The translations under genes were made by a program, and so were the position numbers. A model generated the notes under the pieces. The model made no database searches and was not told where the DNA came from. It worked only from the letters and a program-made list of their open reading frames with translations. This document shows, piece after piece, positions 34,374 to 43,366 of a stretch of DNA of 44,187 nucleotides (within the stretch, counting starts at the first letter, position 1; each line of letters opens with the position of its first letter). The stretch comes from a virus (lineage: Duplodnaviria; Caudoviricetes). The stretch lies in the IMG/VR virus record IMGVR_UViG_3300044513_001233, positions 1 through 44,187 of that record; one strand, written 5' to 3'.

Positions 34374-37196
34374 ATGGCCCCAACACCTCAGACCCCCGGC
34401 GAAAGGCCAATGGTAGATAGAAGTACCATTGGCGATGTTCGCGTGGGTATCAAGGCTGACGTTAAAGCGCTTGAAACCATTACTAAGTCGCTTACTAGTA
34501 TGCGCAAAGAAGTCGACAGTCTTAAAAAGTCGATGGATAAGTTGGCTGAGTCTGCCGGTAACGCCCAGTCGAGCATGGCTGGTGTTGGAGGAGCCTCAAG
34601 CAGTCGACCTTCAAAGTCTGGCAATATAGCCGGTATCAAGGTAGGTACCGAGAGTGCGGGTACCGCTAATAACGTCAAAAACTCCGTCAAAGCCACGGCA
34701 GCGTCAGCAGGTGGCCCCGGCGCTGCCGCGGCAGTACAAATTGGCTCTGTAGTAGCCAAACCCCTCGTAGACGCTATTTTGGGGGCTATTGACGGAGCGT
34801 TTAACCGCCTAGACGCAAGAATAGAACGGGGCAGACAGTACGCCGCCCCCGCCTCTAGAACTAACCTACTTCTACAGCAGGCTTCAGGGAGACAGGAGTC
34901 CGGTCAAGGTAGCGTTATCGACGCTTATCGTAAACCTCTTATTCCATACAAACTAGGTATGGGGGGCATAGACGACGTATTGCAGTTCCGCATGGCGTAT
35001 GGCATGTCTATGAACCAGCCAGACATTTCTCGTATGGGGCAATCCATTGAGGCGTTGCGCGTGTCGAGCGGCATGACCAGATCAACTCAGGACATCCTTA
35101 ACGAGCAGCAGTCCTTGATGCGCCCCGAGACTGTCAACCGCATGTTCTACATGCTGGGAACTAGCGCATATGGGTTAGGTGGTACTGATACTGACCCCAT
35201 GGCTATGCGTCAGCAGATCGTTCGACGTATGGGCCTTACTAGTAAGTCTCAAATTTCCAATGCGTTGAAGTTGGGTTCGGTAACGCGTGCTCGCATGGCT
35301 GATGCCGGTATCACCGACGAGTCCACCCAAACCTCCATTCTGGAATATGCCCGCCAAAACGTAGCATTCGGTGATGCTGGGGGCACCGGTATGTACGACC
35401 CATCCAGCAAAGAGCACAGAGAACTTCTGGGAGATGCAGAAGGTAACTTCGCTCTACAACAGGAAGAAACAGTACGTCAACAGGTTCGTCGGGAAGAAGA
35501 GTTCATGTCACGACAGATTGATGACATGGCTAATACCGAAAAGTACCAGCAAAAAGTAATTGAACTTTTGACCAGCATGGACACCGCTCTTCAGTATGCC
35601 TACAAGATGCGTCAGGGCTATGCGGGGGCAATCACTGGTGGGCTAAAGAGCATCGTTACAGCGCCTCTTCGGTTCGCGAGTTCTCTTCTTGGCGCTATCG
35701 GAGACCCTCGTGAAGTTGGCGATGGCGACGCCTCTCCCACAGTCGGCGCTGGGGCAGGGGGTTTAGGTACTGCTGGCCCTAACGATTCTTCTAGGGACCA
35801 CGAGATCATGGTCCCCGCCGGTCCGCGAGGTTCAGGGGCGGGACGCATTAGTCTGTCTTCTTTGAAGAATAGATCGGACTTTAGGAAGTTAGACTCTCGC
35901 TTAAGTTCGAAACTGCTAAATATGATGCGTGAAAACCACGACATTGGTATTAACAGTGGATTTAGAAACGATTCCGAACAGGAAGCCCTTTTCTACAGGC
36001 AGATGCAGGAAACTACTGAAGACCAGTCAGAAGTATTCTGGAATGGTAAGCACTGGAAATCAAGAGAAGGTTATGCTTTTACGGCTCCCCCCGGTCGCTC
36101 TATGCACGGAACCGGTCTTGCTGCTGACATTTACGAAGAGGGGGACGGCCATAGTTACGCTTGGATTGTGGCTAACTCAGCGAGGTTTGGGCTGAACAAC
36201 TGGAAGGCTAAAGGCTGGCGTAATGACGAACCTTGGCACGTCCAGCCAGCCGAAGTTCCTAGGTTCAGAAGCCAGTACGACGGTGGTAACTCCGATTCTG
36301 AGGGTTCTGGTACTGCGTCCCCGGTAGGGGTTTCAGGAGGTACTGGAGGCGTTGCTGGTATGGCGGAGGTTGACGCTACGTTTGGTTCTGCGACCTTTCT
36401 CGCCTCCGGGTCGATGTCCACCTCTCAGATCATATCTGCGCTGTCTCAGGCGGGTACTCAACGTCTACTTGCTGGGCAAACAAGGTCTACTGGTTCCACT
36501 GTAATCGGAGCCGGTAGATCATCTGGAGCGTCATCAGGAGGATCTGTTAGTTACGCTTCTGGTCAGCCTTTGTCTCGCGAGGAAGTCGCGCACATCGCCT
36601 ATCGGGCAGGGTTTAGGGGTCAAGCGCTTGTCAATATGGTCGCTATTGCTGGGCGCGAATCCTCGTACGTGCCTGATGCTCACCGTACTAATAATGATCC
36701 GTCGTCTATGACTGGTGACCTTGGTCTGTGGCAAATCAACTACAGCAACATGTCTGAATCGATGATGTCGCAGTTGGGAATTGCTAATAGAGCCGGGTTC
36801 TTTGATCCGTATGTCAATGCTCGCGCCGCGTATATCCTGTCTAATGGGGGGCAAAACCTTTCTCCATGGGGGTACACACCCGGTGAAGGTTGGACCGAGG
36901 ACGGCGAGCCTCTTGCTGGTACTAATGTGTCCGCTGCTCAAGAGGCTGTCAACAACGCCGGTTACGGCAGTCCCGAAGCAGGTGATCCTTTGGATCGTGT
37001 CCTCACTCGCAGTAACACCTCTCCTAGAGCGGCGGGTTCTTCTACGGTAAACTACAACTCATCCCCTACTATCAATGTCGCCCCCAACATCTCTTTCCAC
37101 GGTATGCCTGAGCGAGCAGATCTTACAGAGATTGCTAGGACGGTCACTAAGATCCTTCGAGACGAAGTAGAAAGAAACGAAATGAGGACAGCGTAA
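34374..37196 (+). CDS. Tape measure protein with M15-type peptidase and lytic transglycosylase domains
   Basis: Helical N-half; SGFR...APPGRSMH..GLAADI...EPWH (peptidase M15); AIAGRES...GLWQIN...FDPYVNARAA (SLT). Confidence 0.88.
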   Translation: MAPTPQTPGERPMVDRSTIGDVRVGIKADVKALETITKSLTSMRKEVDSLKKSMDKLAESAGNAQSSMAGVGGASSSRPSKSGNIAGIKVGTESAGTANNVKNSVKATAASAGGPGAAAAVQIGSVVAKPLVDAILGAIDGAFNRLDARIERGRQYAAPASRTNLLLQQASGRQESGQGSVIDAYRKPLIPYKLGMGGIDDVLQFRMAYGMSMNQPDISRMGQSIEALRVSSGMTRSTQDILNEQQSLMRPETVNRMFYMLGTSAYGLGGTDTDPMAMRQQIVRRMGLTSKSQISNALKLGSVTRARMADAGITDESTQTSILEYARQNVAFGDAGGTGMYDPSSKEHRELLGDAEGNFALQQEETVRQQVRREEEFMSRQIDDMANTEKYQQKVIELLTSMDTALQYAYKMRQGYAGAITGGLKSIVTAPLRFASSLLGAIGDPREVGDGDASPTVGAGAGGLGTAGPNDSSRDHEIMVPAGPRGSGAGRISLSSLKNRSDFRKLDSRLSSKLLNMMRENHDIGINSGFRNDSEQEALFYRQMQETTEDQSEVFWNGKHWKSREGYAFTAPPGRSMHGTGLAADIYEEGDGHSYAWIVANSARFGLNNWKAKGWRNDEPWHVQPAEVPRFRSQYDGGNSDSEGSGTASPVGVSGGTGGVAGMAEVDATFGSATFLASGSMSTSQIISALSQAGTQRLLAGQTRSTGSTVIGAGRSSGASSGGSVSYASGQPLSREEVAHIAYRAGFRGQALVNMVAIAGRESSYVPDAHRTNNDPSSMTGDLGLWQINYSNMSESMMSQLGIANRAGFFDPYVNARAAYILSNGGQNLSPWGYTPGEGWTEDGEPLAGTNVSAAQEAVNNAGYGSPEAGDPLDRVLTRSNTSPRAAGSSTVNYNSSPTINVAPNISFHGMPERADLTEIARTVTKILRDEVERNEMRTA

Positions 37197-39142
37197 TGGC
37201 TGACAGTTATCGTAATGACCAGTACTATGACTTGAGCAGTATGGGTGAGCGTACTTCAGGTGAGTACGACCGCAGTGGGTGGAACATCACTAGCCAGTCT
37301 TTCACTAGAGGCGAAATCAACAAGAAATTCATCTACCCAGACCGGAACGTTCGTGAAATTGCTAAGTATAACCCCGGCGCAGAAGTTCGTCTGAAACGGG
37401 GGTACATCCGAAGCCTAAACGACATGGTAAGCCCCAACGCATCTAGTGTTAAGTGCCAGTTCCAGTTTAACCCCAAGGACATCCAGCATTCCGTTGCGCA
37501 AAGCCAACAGATTCGTAACTTCTTGCTCTTGTCCCCAGAAGATATGGCTCAACCTATTCCGGGTGCGACTCAGTTCAGTTTTGACTTATTCTTTGACCGT
37601 ACTATGGAGTACAACAACAGCAGCCCAAACGATGCTCTCGACACCGAGTTTGCATGGGAGGCAAGCGACCCCTCTCAGGTAGGAGTGTTGCATGACATAG
37701 GTATTCTGTATTCAGTAATCGGTGTGGGGATGTCCAGAGCGACTAAGGATTTTGCTAAGGATATCTACTCCCAACAGTTGGCTCGACAAAACCAGCAAGC
37801 AACTGCCGCTGCGGAGAGGGCTGCCAGCCAAGCAGAAGACGAAGAAGACGTTGACGATATAACGTTAGACGTAGAAGCCGATAATGCGCTCACTCTTCAG
37901 AACCTAGATCTTTTGCTAGATGTAAACGTTGGTAACGCCGCTTTTCTTCTTCCTTTTCCTATTAGAGCGGTGTTTTCATCCTTGTACATTGTTGAGGGCT
38001 TTGTCACTGAGGCAAGAACTGTTTTTACTAAGTTCAGTAAAAGTATGGTCCCCCTACAGTGCGCTGTAAACCTTCAGATAGACGCAAAATACGTAGGTTT
38101 TGCTAGAGAAAAGACCTTTTTGGCCCAAAGCCTGCAGCAGACTTATGAAGAGGAAGTCGCTCGTCAGTACGAGCCTCGTATAGAGTTAGCGGCGGTGGGT
38201 GACCACGACTTCGGTAAAGTCGTGTTCGCTCTAGCAGATTGGAAAGAGCAAGACGACAACCCGGAGTTACGTGACAATGACAACCCCGCTCCAGAAGGTG
38301 GTTTAGGTATTACCGCTTTAAGGAACTTAGATGAAGATTCTTATAAGTATCTACATTGCTTTGTTAAAGACATACCACTTGTAACTGCCCAATCCGAAGA
38401 CGGAGAAACAAGTCAGTTTGTTGGAGGTAAAGTAAACCGTCTTTTCATAGACGGTTCCAGTGTGACGGTATCTGTAGACGGAAGCCTCGACGTATGGGCG
38501 TACAGCCCGGACGCTTACGATACTTTCGAGGAGTTAATCGCCTCTACAACTACTAGCAGATCAGATGCTTTAGCGAGTTACCTAAGAGACAGGTCAGGTA
38601 CTTCGTCTTTAATTGGAGGACTGTACACGGACAGTGGCACTGGCGATCAGTACAGTCATATATACAGGGTATTCAGTATCCCAAGTTTTGCTAACGGTAA
38701 TCAGGGTAGTTATAACGTAGCCACCACTAAAGAAGAGTGGGAAAAGATTTACAAAGAACATCGTGCTGTTTCTTGGGGGTCCAAGCCGTCGTCAGACGTC
38801 ACAGGTACTGTGGGCGATGCTCTTACAAAAAAACAGTTTCTACACTCTGATTATTGGTGGGCATATCAGTTCACCGGTAAGATTACTATTACAAAAGATG
38901 GAAGTACCACTGTGACCTCAGAAGTCACAGAGACGTGGTCGCAACAGTACGACGGAGGTTGGGGTCCCGGCACTTCTCGCGCCCCCGCTCCGTCGACTCC
39001 TTATAAAGACATCTATGTTACTACTTCGTTTGACTTCGCTTCCGGGGTCCCCGCGCCCCCAGAGCAGCCTTGGGGTCCTGAGTACGGCAGTAACGAAGAT
39101 CTTGACGAAGTCAACAACCCTTATTCTGATTTCGGTGGTTAA
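37196..39142 (+). CDS. Tail tube initiator / baseplate protein
   Basis: FQFNP, FDLFFDRT, FTKFS..MVP.QC.V motifs; follows the tape measure gene. Confidence 0.7.
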   Translation: MADSYRNDQYYDLSSMGERTSGEYDRSGWNITSQSFTRGEINKKFIYPDRNVREIAKYNPGAEVRLKRGYIRSLNDMVSPNASSVKCQFQFNPKDIQHSVAQSQQIRNFLLLSPEDMAQPIPGATQFSFDLFFDRTMEYNNSSPNDALDTEFAWEASDPSQVGVLHDIGILYSVIGVGMSRATKDFAKDIYSQQLARQNQQATAAAERAASQAEDEEDVDDITLDVEADNALTLQNLDLLLDVNVGNAAFLLPFPIRAVFSSLYIVEGFVTEARTVFTKFSKSMVPLQCAVNLQIDAKYVGFAREKTFLAQSLQQTYEEEVARQYEPRIELAAVGDHDFGKVVFALADWKEQDDNPELRDNDNPAPEGGLGITALRNLDEDSYKYLHCFVKDIPLVTAQSEDGETSQFVGGKVNRLFIDGSSVTVSVDGSLDVWAYSPDAYDTFEELIASTTTSRSDALASYLRDRSGTSSLIGGLYTDSGTGDQYSHIYRVFSIPSFANGNQGSYNVATTKEEWEKIYKEHRAVSWGSKPSSDVTGTVGDALTKKQFLHSDYWWAYQFTGKITITKDGSTTVTSEVTETWSQQYDGGWGPGTSRAPAPSTPYKDIYVTTSFDFASGVPAPPEQPWGPEYGSNEDLDEVNNPYSDFGG

Positions 39143-39144
39143 TC

Positions 39145-39381
39145 ATGGCAATATACAGTGTTCAATCTAGGTACACCTCTAACGGCAAGGAAGCAGACCG
39201 AATCGGTCAGGTAGGTTCTAGGTACGTTCCCTACACAGTCAGGCAAGGGGATACCCTAGAGGGTATATCGCTACGGCATTTAGGCGATACTAAAAGGTAT
39301 TGGGAAATTGCCGATCTTAATCCCCAAGTCAAGTTTCCTACAGATCTAGTAGTTGGGATGATTATTAGGTTGCCGAAATGA
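39145..39381 (+). CDS. LysM / tail protein X-like baseplate protein
   Basis: YTVRQGDTLEGIS.RHLGD..RYWEIADLNP...L..G..IRLP. Confidence 0.88.
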   Translation: MAIYSVQSRYTSNGKEADRIGQVGSRYVPYTVRQGDTLEGISLRHLGDTKRYWEIADLNPQVKFPTDLVVGMIIRLPK

Positions 39382-40532
39382 TAGTTAAGCAACCTTTAGG
39401 GTCGTCTGCTTCTATCTCCATGAGAATTAACGGAGCGGAGTTTGACTACAACAACATGAACCGAATTGAAGTCTTGCTAGAGGAAAACAAGCACGATATG
39501 CTTGTTGTCACTGTAAACGGCATACCAACAAGGGCTATTTTAGATTACGTTGGACTACCTATTCAGTTCTCTCTTTCGTCTAGCGCTTCTAATTCTTACG
39601 ATTTTTACGGCTACATTGACGACGTTCGCCCCATTTCTCGTACCTCTGGTGGTGTCGTAAACAACAGCCCATTTCAGAAAGCAGAGTTGTACTGTATGGG
39701 GGCTTCGTACACGATGCGCGGTACCACCTCTAAGAATTGGGAAAAGTATTCGGTTACGGACATCGCAGTAGAGTTGGCTAAAAAGTACGGGTTTAGTGTT
39801 GACGCTCCAAAGTTTGAGACCTATCACAGAAACGTGAACCAGTCAGACGAGTCTGACTGGCAGTTTCTGACCAGATACGCCAACAGCCTAGGTCTATCCG
39901 TATCTTCTCATGGGGCGCATATCCACCTATATGACCCGTATAAAGCAGTGAGTCGCAGCATCTCTTACGCTCCCCTTTTGACCGCGAGAAAGATGCGCGG
40001 GCAAGCCGACTACTACCCCGGCCAGATCATTGAGTTTGACGCTTCCTTTTCCACTAGGCACCCCGACGGGTACTACAAAGAGACGGTTATCACTGTGCTA
40101 AACGACGATGGCACATCTTACGACGTGTCTACGGGCGACCTTAAGAACGGAAACAAGAACACCGCTATTTACAGAAATAAGAAAAGCGTTACCGCTCATT
40201 CGTTTGGCGAGGCTGCTCGTATACTAGAGTCGATCAACAAGAGCGACTACGACCACTACGCTACGGTGTTAGTAACAGGTACGCCGGGGTGCCGCCCCGG
40301 AGGTGTAGTATCTGTAGATAACTACAATGACTCTCGCATGGATGGCTTGTGGTACGTTCAGGCTGTAAAGCACACGGCCCACTCTGCTGCTTATATGACT
40401 GAATTAAAGATCGCTAGAAATAGCAACTCCCAACTAGTAGAGACAAAGACCCCCTCTTTCACCTCGCCCCCCGCACCTGTGTTAAAGACGGGGCAATGGG
40501 CAGCGCTTACTGGGAGGGTTAATGTCTACTAA
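39378..40532 (+). CDS. Baseplate hub protein (late control D / gp27-like)
   Basis: Q.DESDWQFLTR.A, G.PG.RPG.VV, GLWYV..V.H. Confidence 0.85.
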   Translation: MIVKQPLGSSASISMRINGAEFDYNNMNRIEVLLEENKHDMLVVTVNGIPTRAILDYVGLPIQFSLSSSASNSYDFYGYIDDVRPISRTSGGVVNNSPFQKAELYCMGASYTMRGTTSKNWEKYSVTDIAVELAKKYGFSVDAPKFETYHRNVNQSDESDWQFLTRYANSLGLSVSSHGAHIHLYDPYKAVSRSISYAPLLTARKMRGQADYYPGQIIEFDASFSTRHPDGYYKETVITVLNDDGTSYDVSTGDLKNGNKNTAIYRNKKSVTAHSFGEAARILESINKSDYDHYATVLVTGTPGCRPGGVVSVDNYNDSRMDGLWYVQAVKHTAHSAAYMTELKIARNSNSQLVETKTPSFTSPPAPVLKTGQWAALTGRVNVY

Positions 40533-41481
40533 CGAGTTTGAATTACATAGGGCGATTGTCCACTCGTCAAATACGACGACGGGGGAGGCTCAAGTTCGTA
40601 TCCCAACACTCCTCGGGGCAGGGCAGGTCGTCAATATACCTACGACTGGACTGACTGTTACTGCCGGTGAGTGGAACGTCCCCTCTGCTGGTTCATCTGC
40701 TTTTGTTGCTGTATCTGTTGATAGAACTCAATTTCTATGGGTTACTGGGGTAACGGTACCTACTGATAGCGCTACCGATTTCACTGGTAACGTCACTATT
40801 GGGGGCGACCTCGGCATCGGCACATCGTCGCCTAGCACAATCCTAGCCATCAACAAGTCTGGTGACCCCGTGCTCAGAGTGACAGGCACCGACGGTAACG
40901 ACACCGCTAGCCTTCAACTGTTAGAGTCTGACGCAAACACCCCTACCTACGGGCTAGAGATCAAGTACGACGGTGATGCGAACATCACCAAGATCGGTCA
41001 TTACAACTCAAACACCACTGTTCGCACAGATATGGAGATCACTCGGGCAGGTGGGTATGTCACAATGCCGAACCAGCCACGGTTTGAGGCAACACGTTCT
41101 GCCACATTTACAAGCGCACAGTACGTCCCGTTCGACGTCATCGAACACGACTCCACAGGTTCGTTTAGCACATCAACATATCGTTACACAGTTCCGGTAT
41201 CTGGCACCTACTTCTTTTATTGGACGAACATCGGGCAAACGAACTCGGGTACGGTGCATCGCTACTACTTTCATGTAAACGGAAGCGACTTGTACGTCCA
41301 AGCGCAACTACGGTTAGACCAGACAGGCGAGGGCACAGGCAAATACACTCAAGCATCTCAACAACGCATCGTCCCGCTCAATGCGAATGACTATGTTCAG
41401 ATTTATTATGCGGCTGATAACGGTGGAGGGTCATACGGCAACGTCGCATACACCCGTTTCGGCGGCTACCTGCTTGGATAA
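40522..41481 (+). CDS. Baseplate spike-like protein (OB-fold N-terminus) with C-terminal C1q-like domain
   Basis: HRAIV...G...VRIP.L...VP..GS..FV N-domain; QPRF...VPFD...Y.VPVSGTYFF...LNANDYV...FGGYLL C1q pattern. Confidence 0.7.
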   Translation: MSTNEFELHRAIVHSSNTTTGEAQVRIPTLLGAGQVVNIPTTGLTVTAGEWNVPSAGSSAFVAVSVDRTQFLWVTGVTVPTDSATDFTGNVTIGGDLGIGTSSPSTILAINKSGDPVLRVTGTDGNDTASLQLLESDANTPTYGLEIKYDGDANITKIGHYNSNTTVRTDMEITRAGGYVTMPNQPRFEATRSATFTSAQYVPFDVIEHDSTGSFSTSTYRYTVPVSGTYFFYWTNIGQTNSGTVHRYYFHVNGSDLYVQAQLRLDQTGEGTGKYTQASQQRIVPLNANDYVQIYYAADNGGGSYGNVAYTRFGGYLLG

Positions 41482-41491
41482 GGAGAAAATA

Positions 41492-41767
41492 ATGGCAGAA
41501 TACACAGTTACATTGACAGACGCAGAGGACAAGGCACTTCGCTACGTCGCTTTCGACCCTCAAGATTGGATTGGCAATGCGGTACACAACCGTTGCCGTC
41601 AAGCAATCGACCAAATCTATCAAGAAGAGGTTGAACGTATGACGAACGACCCCGACGTGGACAGCATCCCAGCGAACAAAGATCAAGTCGTGTTGGATGC
41701 GGACATCATGTCGGCGGCAGACAGACAGGCACAAGTCGCCGCTGATCCGCCAGACTCGCTACACTAG
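41492..41767 (+). CDS. Small conserved phage protein (possible chaperone of the upstream fibre)
   Basis: SD AAGGAG before ATG 41492; YTVTLTDAEDKAL.YVA.DPQDWI.NAVHNRCR.AID. Confidence 0.75.
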   Translation: MAEYTVTLTDAEDKALRYVAFDPQDWIGNAVHNRCRQAIDQIYQEEVERMTNDPDVDSIPANKDQVVLDADIMSAADRQAQVAADPPDSLH

Positions 41768-41774
41768 AGGGGTC

Positions 41775-41804
41775 TTGACAGTTCTCGTCCCCAACAGATA
41801 AGGT
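41775..41804 (+). promoter_or_regulatory. Sigma70-type promoter, near-leaderless transcript
   Basis: TTGACA-18 nt-TAAGGT; ATG 8 nt downstream without a strong SD. Confidence 0.55.
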
Positions 41805-41812
41805 ACACAATT

Positions 41813-41950
41813 ATGAACATCACCCCAGAAGAAGCCATCCAAGAGTTCCAGCGCCAGTTCCCCAAGGAGTTCACGATCTGCGTACAGGCCCTCCAGATTG
41901 CTAAGTTGCAGGAGCAGGCTCAGACGGCACCTGATGCTGAAGAAGACTGA
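41813..41950 (+). CDS. 45-aa hypothetical protein (not in ORF track)
   Basis: MNITPEEAIQEFQRQFPKEFTICVQALQIAKLQEQAQTAPDAEED*; TGATG coupling to the next gene. Confidence 0.65.
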   Translation: MNITPEEAIQEFQRQFPKEFTICVQALQIAKLQEQAQTAPDAEED

Positions 41951-42591
41951 TGCAGGAACCTAAGTGGCCCCTAGGTCAGGGGGCTGGCATATGTATACAC
42001 GATGAGGCCATACCCTCTAAATTGTGCCGAAAGATAGTTAAATACATCGCTAAACGCCCCCACTTGTCCAATCCGGGACGAACAGTAGGCGGGGTTGAAC
42101 CCGACACTAAACTTTCTATGGACGCTCACATTGCTGGCGAGAATGCCCTTGTGCAATCATCGAAAGAGGCAGAGGCTCTAGGCAGTATGGAACGCAGTCT
42201 CTACGACATCTACGTAGAGGTCTTAAAGGACTACTTCAGTAACTACCCTGCTATGGCGAGTGAGTGGCGCGCTAGGTTAGATACGGGATATCAGTACCAA
42301 AGGTACGAACAGGGCAAGGGTTTTTACACGGCTCACATAGATGGCGCTCCATATCTAGCAGGTAGTGGTAGTGATCGAGTGCTGGCCTCTGTCATGTATT
42401 TGAACACCGTAGACAAGGGCGGTGGTACGTATTTTGACTACTTCGATTTCACTTGTGACGCAGTGGAGGGTCGCATCGTCACCTTTCCGGCAACGTTTCT
42501 ACACCTTCATGGGGGGCTAGTCCCTGAGTCATCCGATAAGTCGATTATCAGTACGTTTGTCATCGTCCCCCACCCAGACGACCATTATTAG
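41950..42591 (+). CDS. 2OG-Fe(II) oxygenase (paralog of 20200-20907)
   Basis: HID...MYLNT..GGGTYF...FP...HLHGG...K; shares PGxTxGGV..TK.SMD and DTG motifs with the 20200 protein. Confidence 0.88.
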   Translation: MQEPKWPLGQGAGICIHDEAIPSKLCRKIVKYIAKRPHLSNPGRTVGGVEPDTKLSMDAHIAGENALVQSSKEAEALGSMERSLYDIYVEVLKDYFSNYPAMASEWRARLDTGYQYQRYEQGKGFYTAHIDGAPYLAGSGSDRVLASVMYLNTVDKGGGTYFDYFDFTCDAVEGRIVTFPATFLHLHGGLVPESSDKSIISTFVIVPHPDDHY

Positions 42592-42598
42592 CCGGGTA

Positions 42599-42629
42599 TT
42601 GACATGAAAACGTAACATTGTGGTACACT
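42599..42629 (+). promoter_or_regulatory. Sigma70-type promoter with extended -10
   Basis: TTGACA-19 nt-TACACT with TG at the extended position. Confidence 0.55.
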
Positions 42630-42665
42630 AGTGGGTGAAGGAGACAACGCCTAGGAGGTACCTCA

Positions 42666-43346
42666 ATGTTCCGTCTTGTTTCTCTTGCCTTTGCTTCTTG
42701 GGTATCGCTGTTTGTAGCGGTCCTCAATGACGAAGCGAAAGACAGCGCTCCCCCACCGACTACCACCACTGAAGTAGCGTGGAGTGGTAATCCTCTAATT
42801 ATTCAACCGCTGTCAGCAGACTCTCACGAAAGCGAGGAGTCTATTCCACAGGTGCCAGCGCTCCCGAATGGAGTGACGTACGAGGGAGAGGGTGGACCAG
42901 AACCAACCTCTCACTACTTGTCTAGTACCACAACCACGTTAGTGCCGCTCCCGGTGTGGGAAGGTTCTATCCCAGAGGTGTATGGGGAGGGCAGTGGTTG
43001 CACACAGGCTAAGGCCAACATCATCGCCAGAGCCATGTGGGATCGTGGTGCCAGTGATGACTCGGTGAAAGACATGCTCCGCATCATCAGCCGTGAGTCT
43101 CTCTGTAATTCTTCGGCACATAACGGTAACACTCGTACCCGTGACGACTCATGGGGCTTGTGCCAGCAGAACAACCTGTCAGGCTGGTTTAACGAAGGCA
43201 AGTTGCTGGAGAACTACGACCGATTCGCTTTTGCAGATGACTTTGCGTACAACGCTGAGTCGTGTGCTGTGATGTGGGCAGAATGTGGCGTAGGACCTTG
43301 GAACTACGGCAATTATTACTGTTCTACACCTAGAGAATTGCGGTAG
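42666..43346 (+). CDS. Secreted or membrane-anchored lytic transglycosylase-like protein
   Basis: Hydrophobic N-terminus, P/T-rich linker, IISRES.C...A.N...DDSWGLCQ.N...GPW lysozyme-like motifs. Confidence 0.75.
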   Translation: MFRLVSLAFASWVSLFVAVLNDEAKDSAPPPTTTTEVAWSGNPLIIQPLSADSHESEESIPQVPALPNGVTYEGEGGPEPTSHYLSSTTTTLVPLPVWEGSIPEVYGEGSGCTQAKANIIARAMWDRGASDDSVKDMLRIISRESLCNSSAHNGNTRTRDDSWGLCQQNNLSGWFNEGKLLENYDRFAFADDFAYNAESCAVMWAECGVGPWNYGNYYCSTPRELR

Positions 43347-43366
43347 TATCGGCATACGGAGGCCGT

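Noticed and set aside
30890-41481. Stand-alone contractile injection system or tailocin
   Set aside because: Terminase, portal, scaffold and capsid genes are in the same gene run, so this is a phage tail
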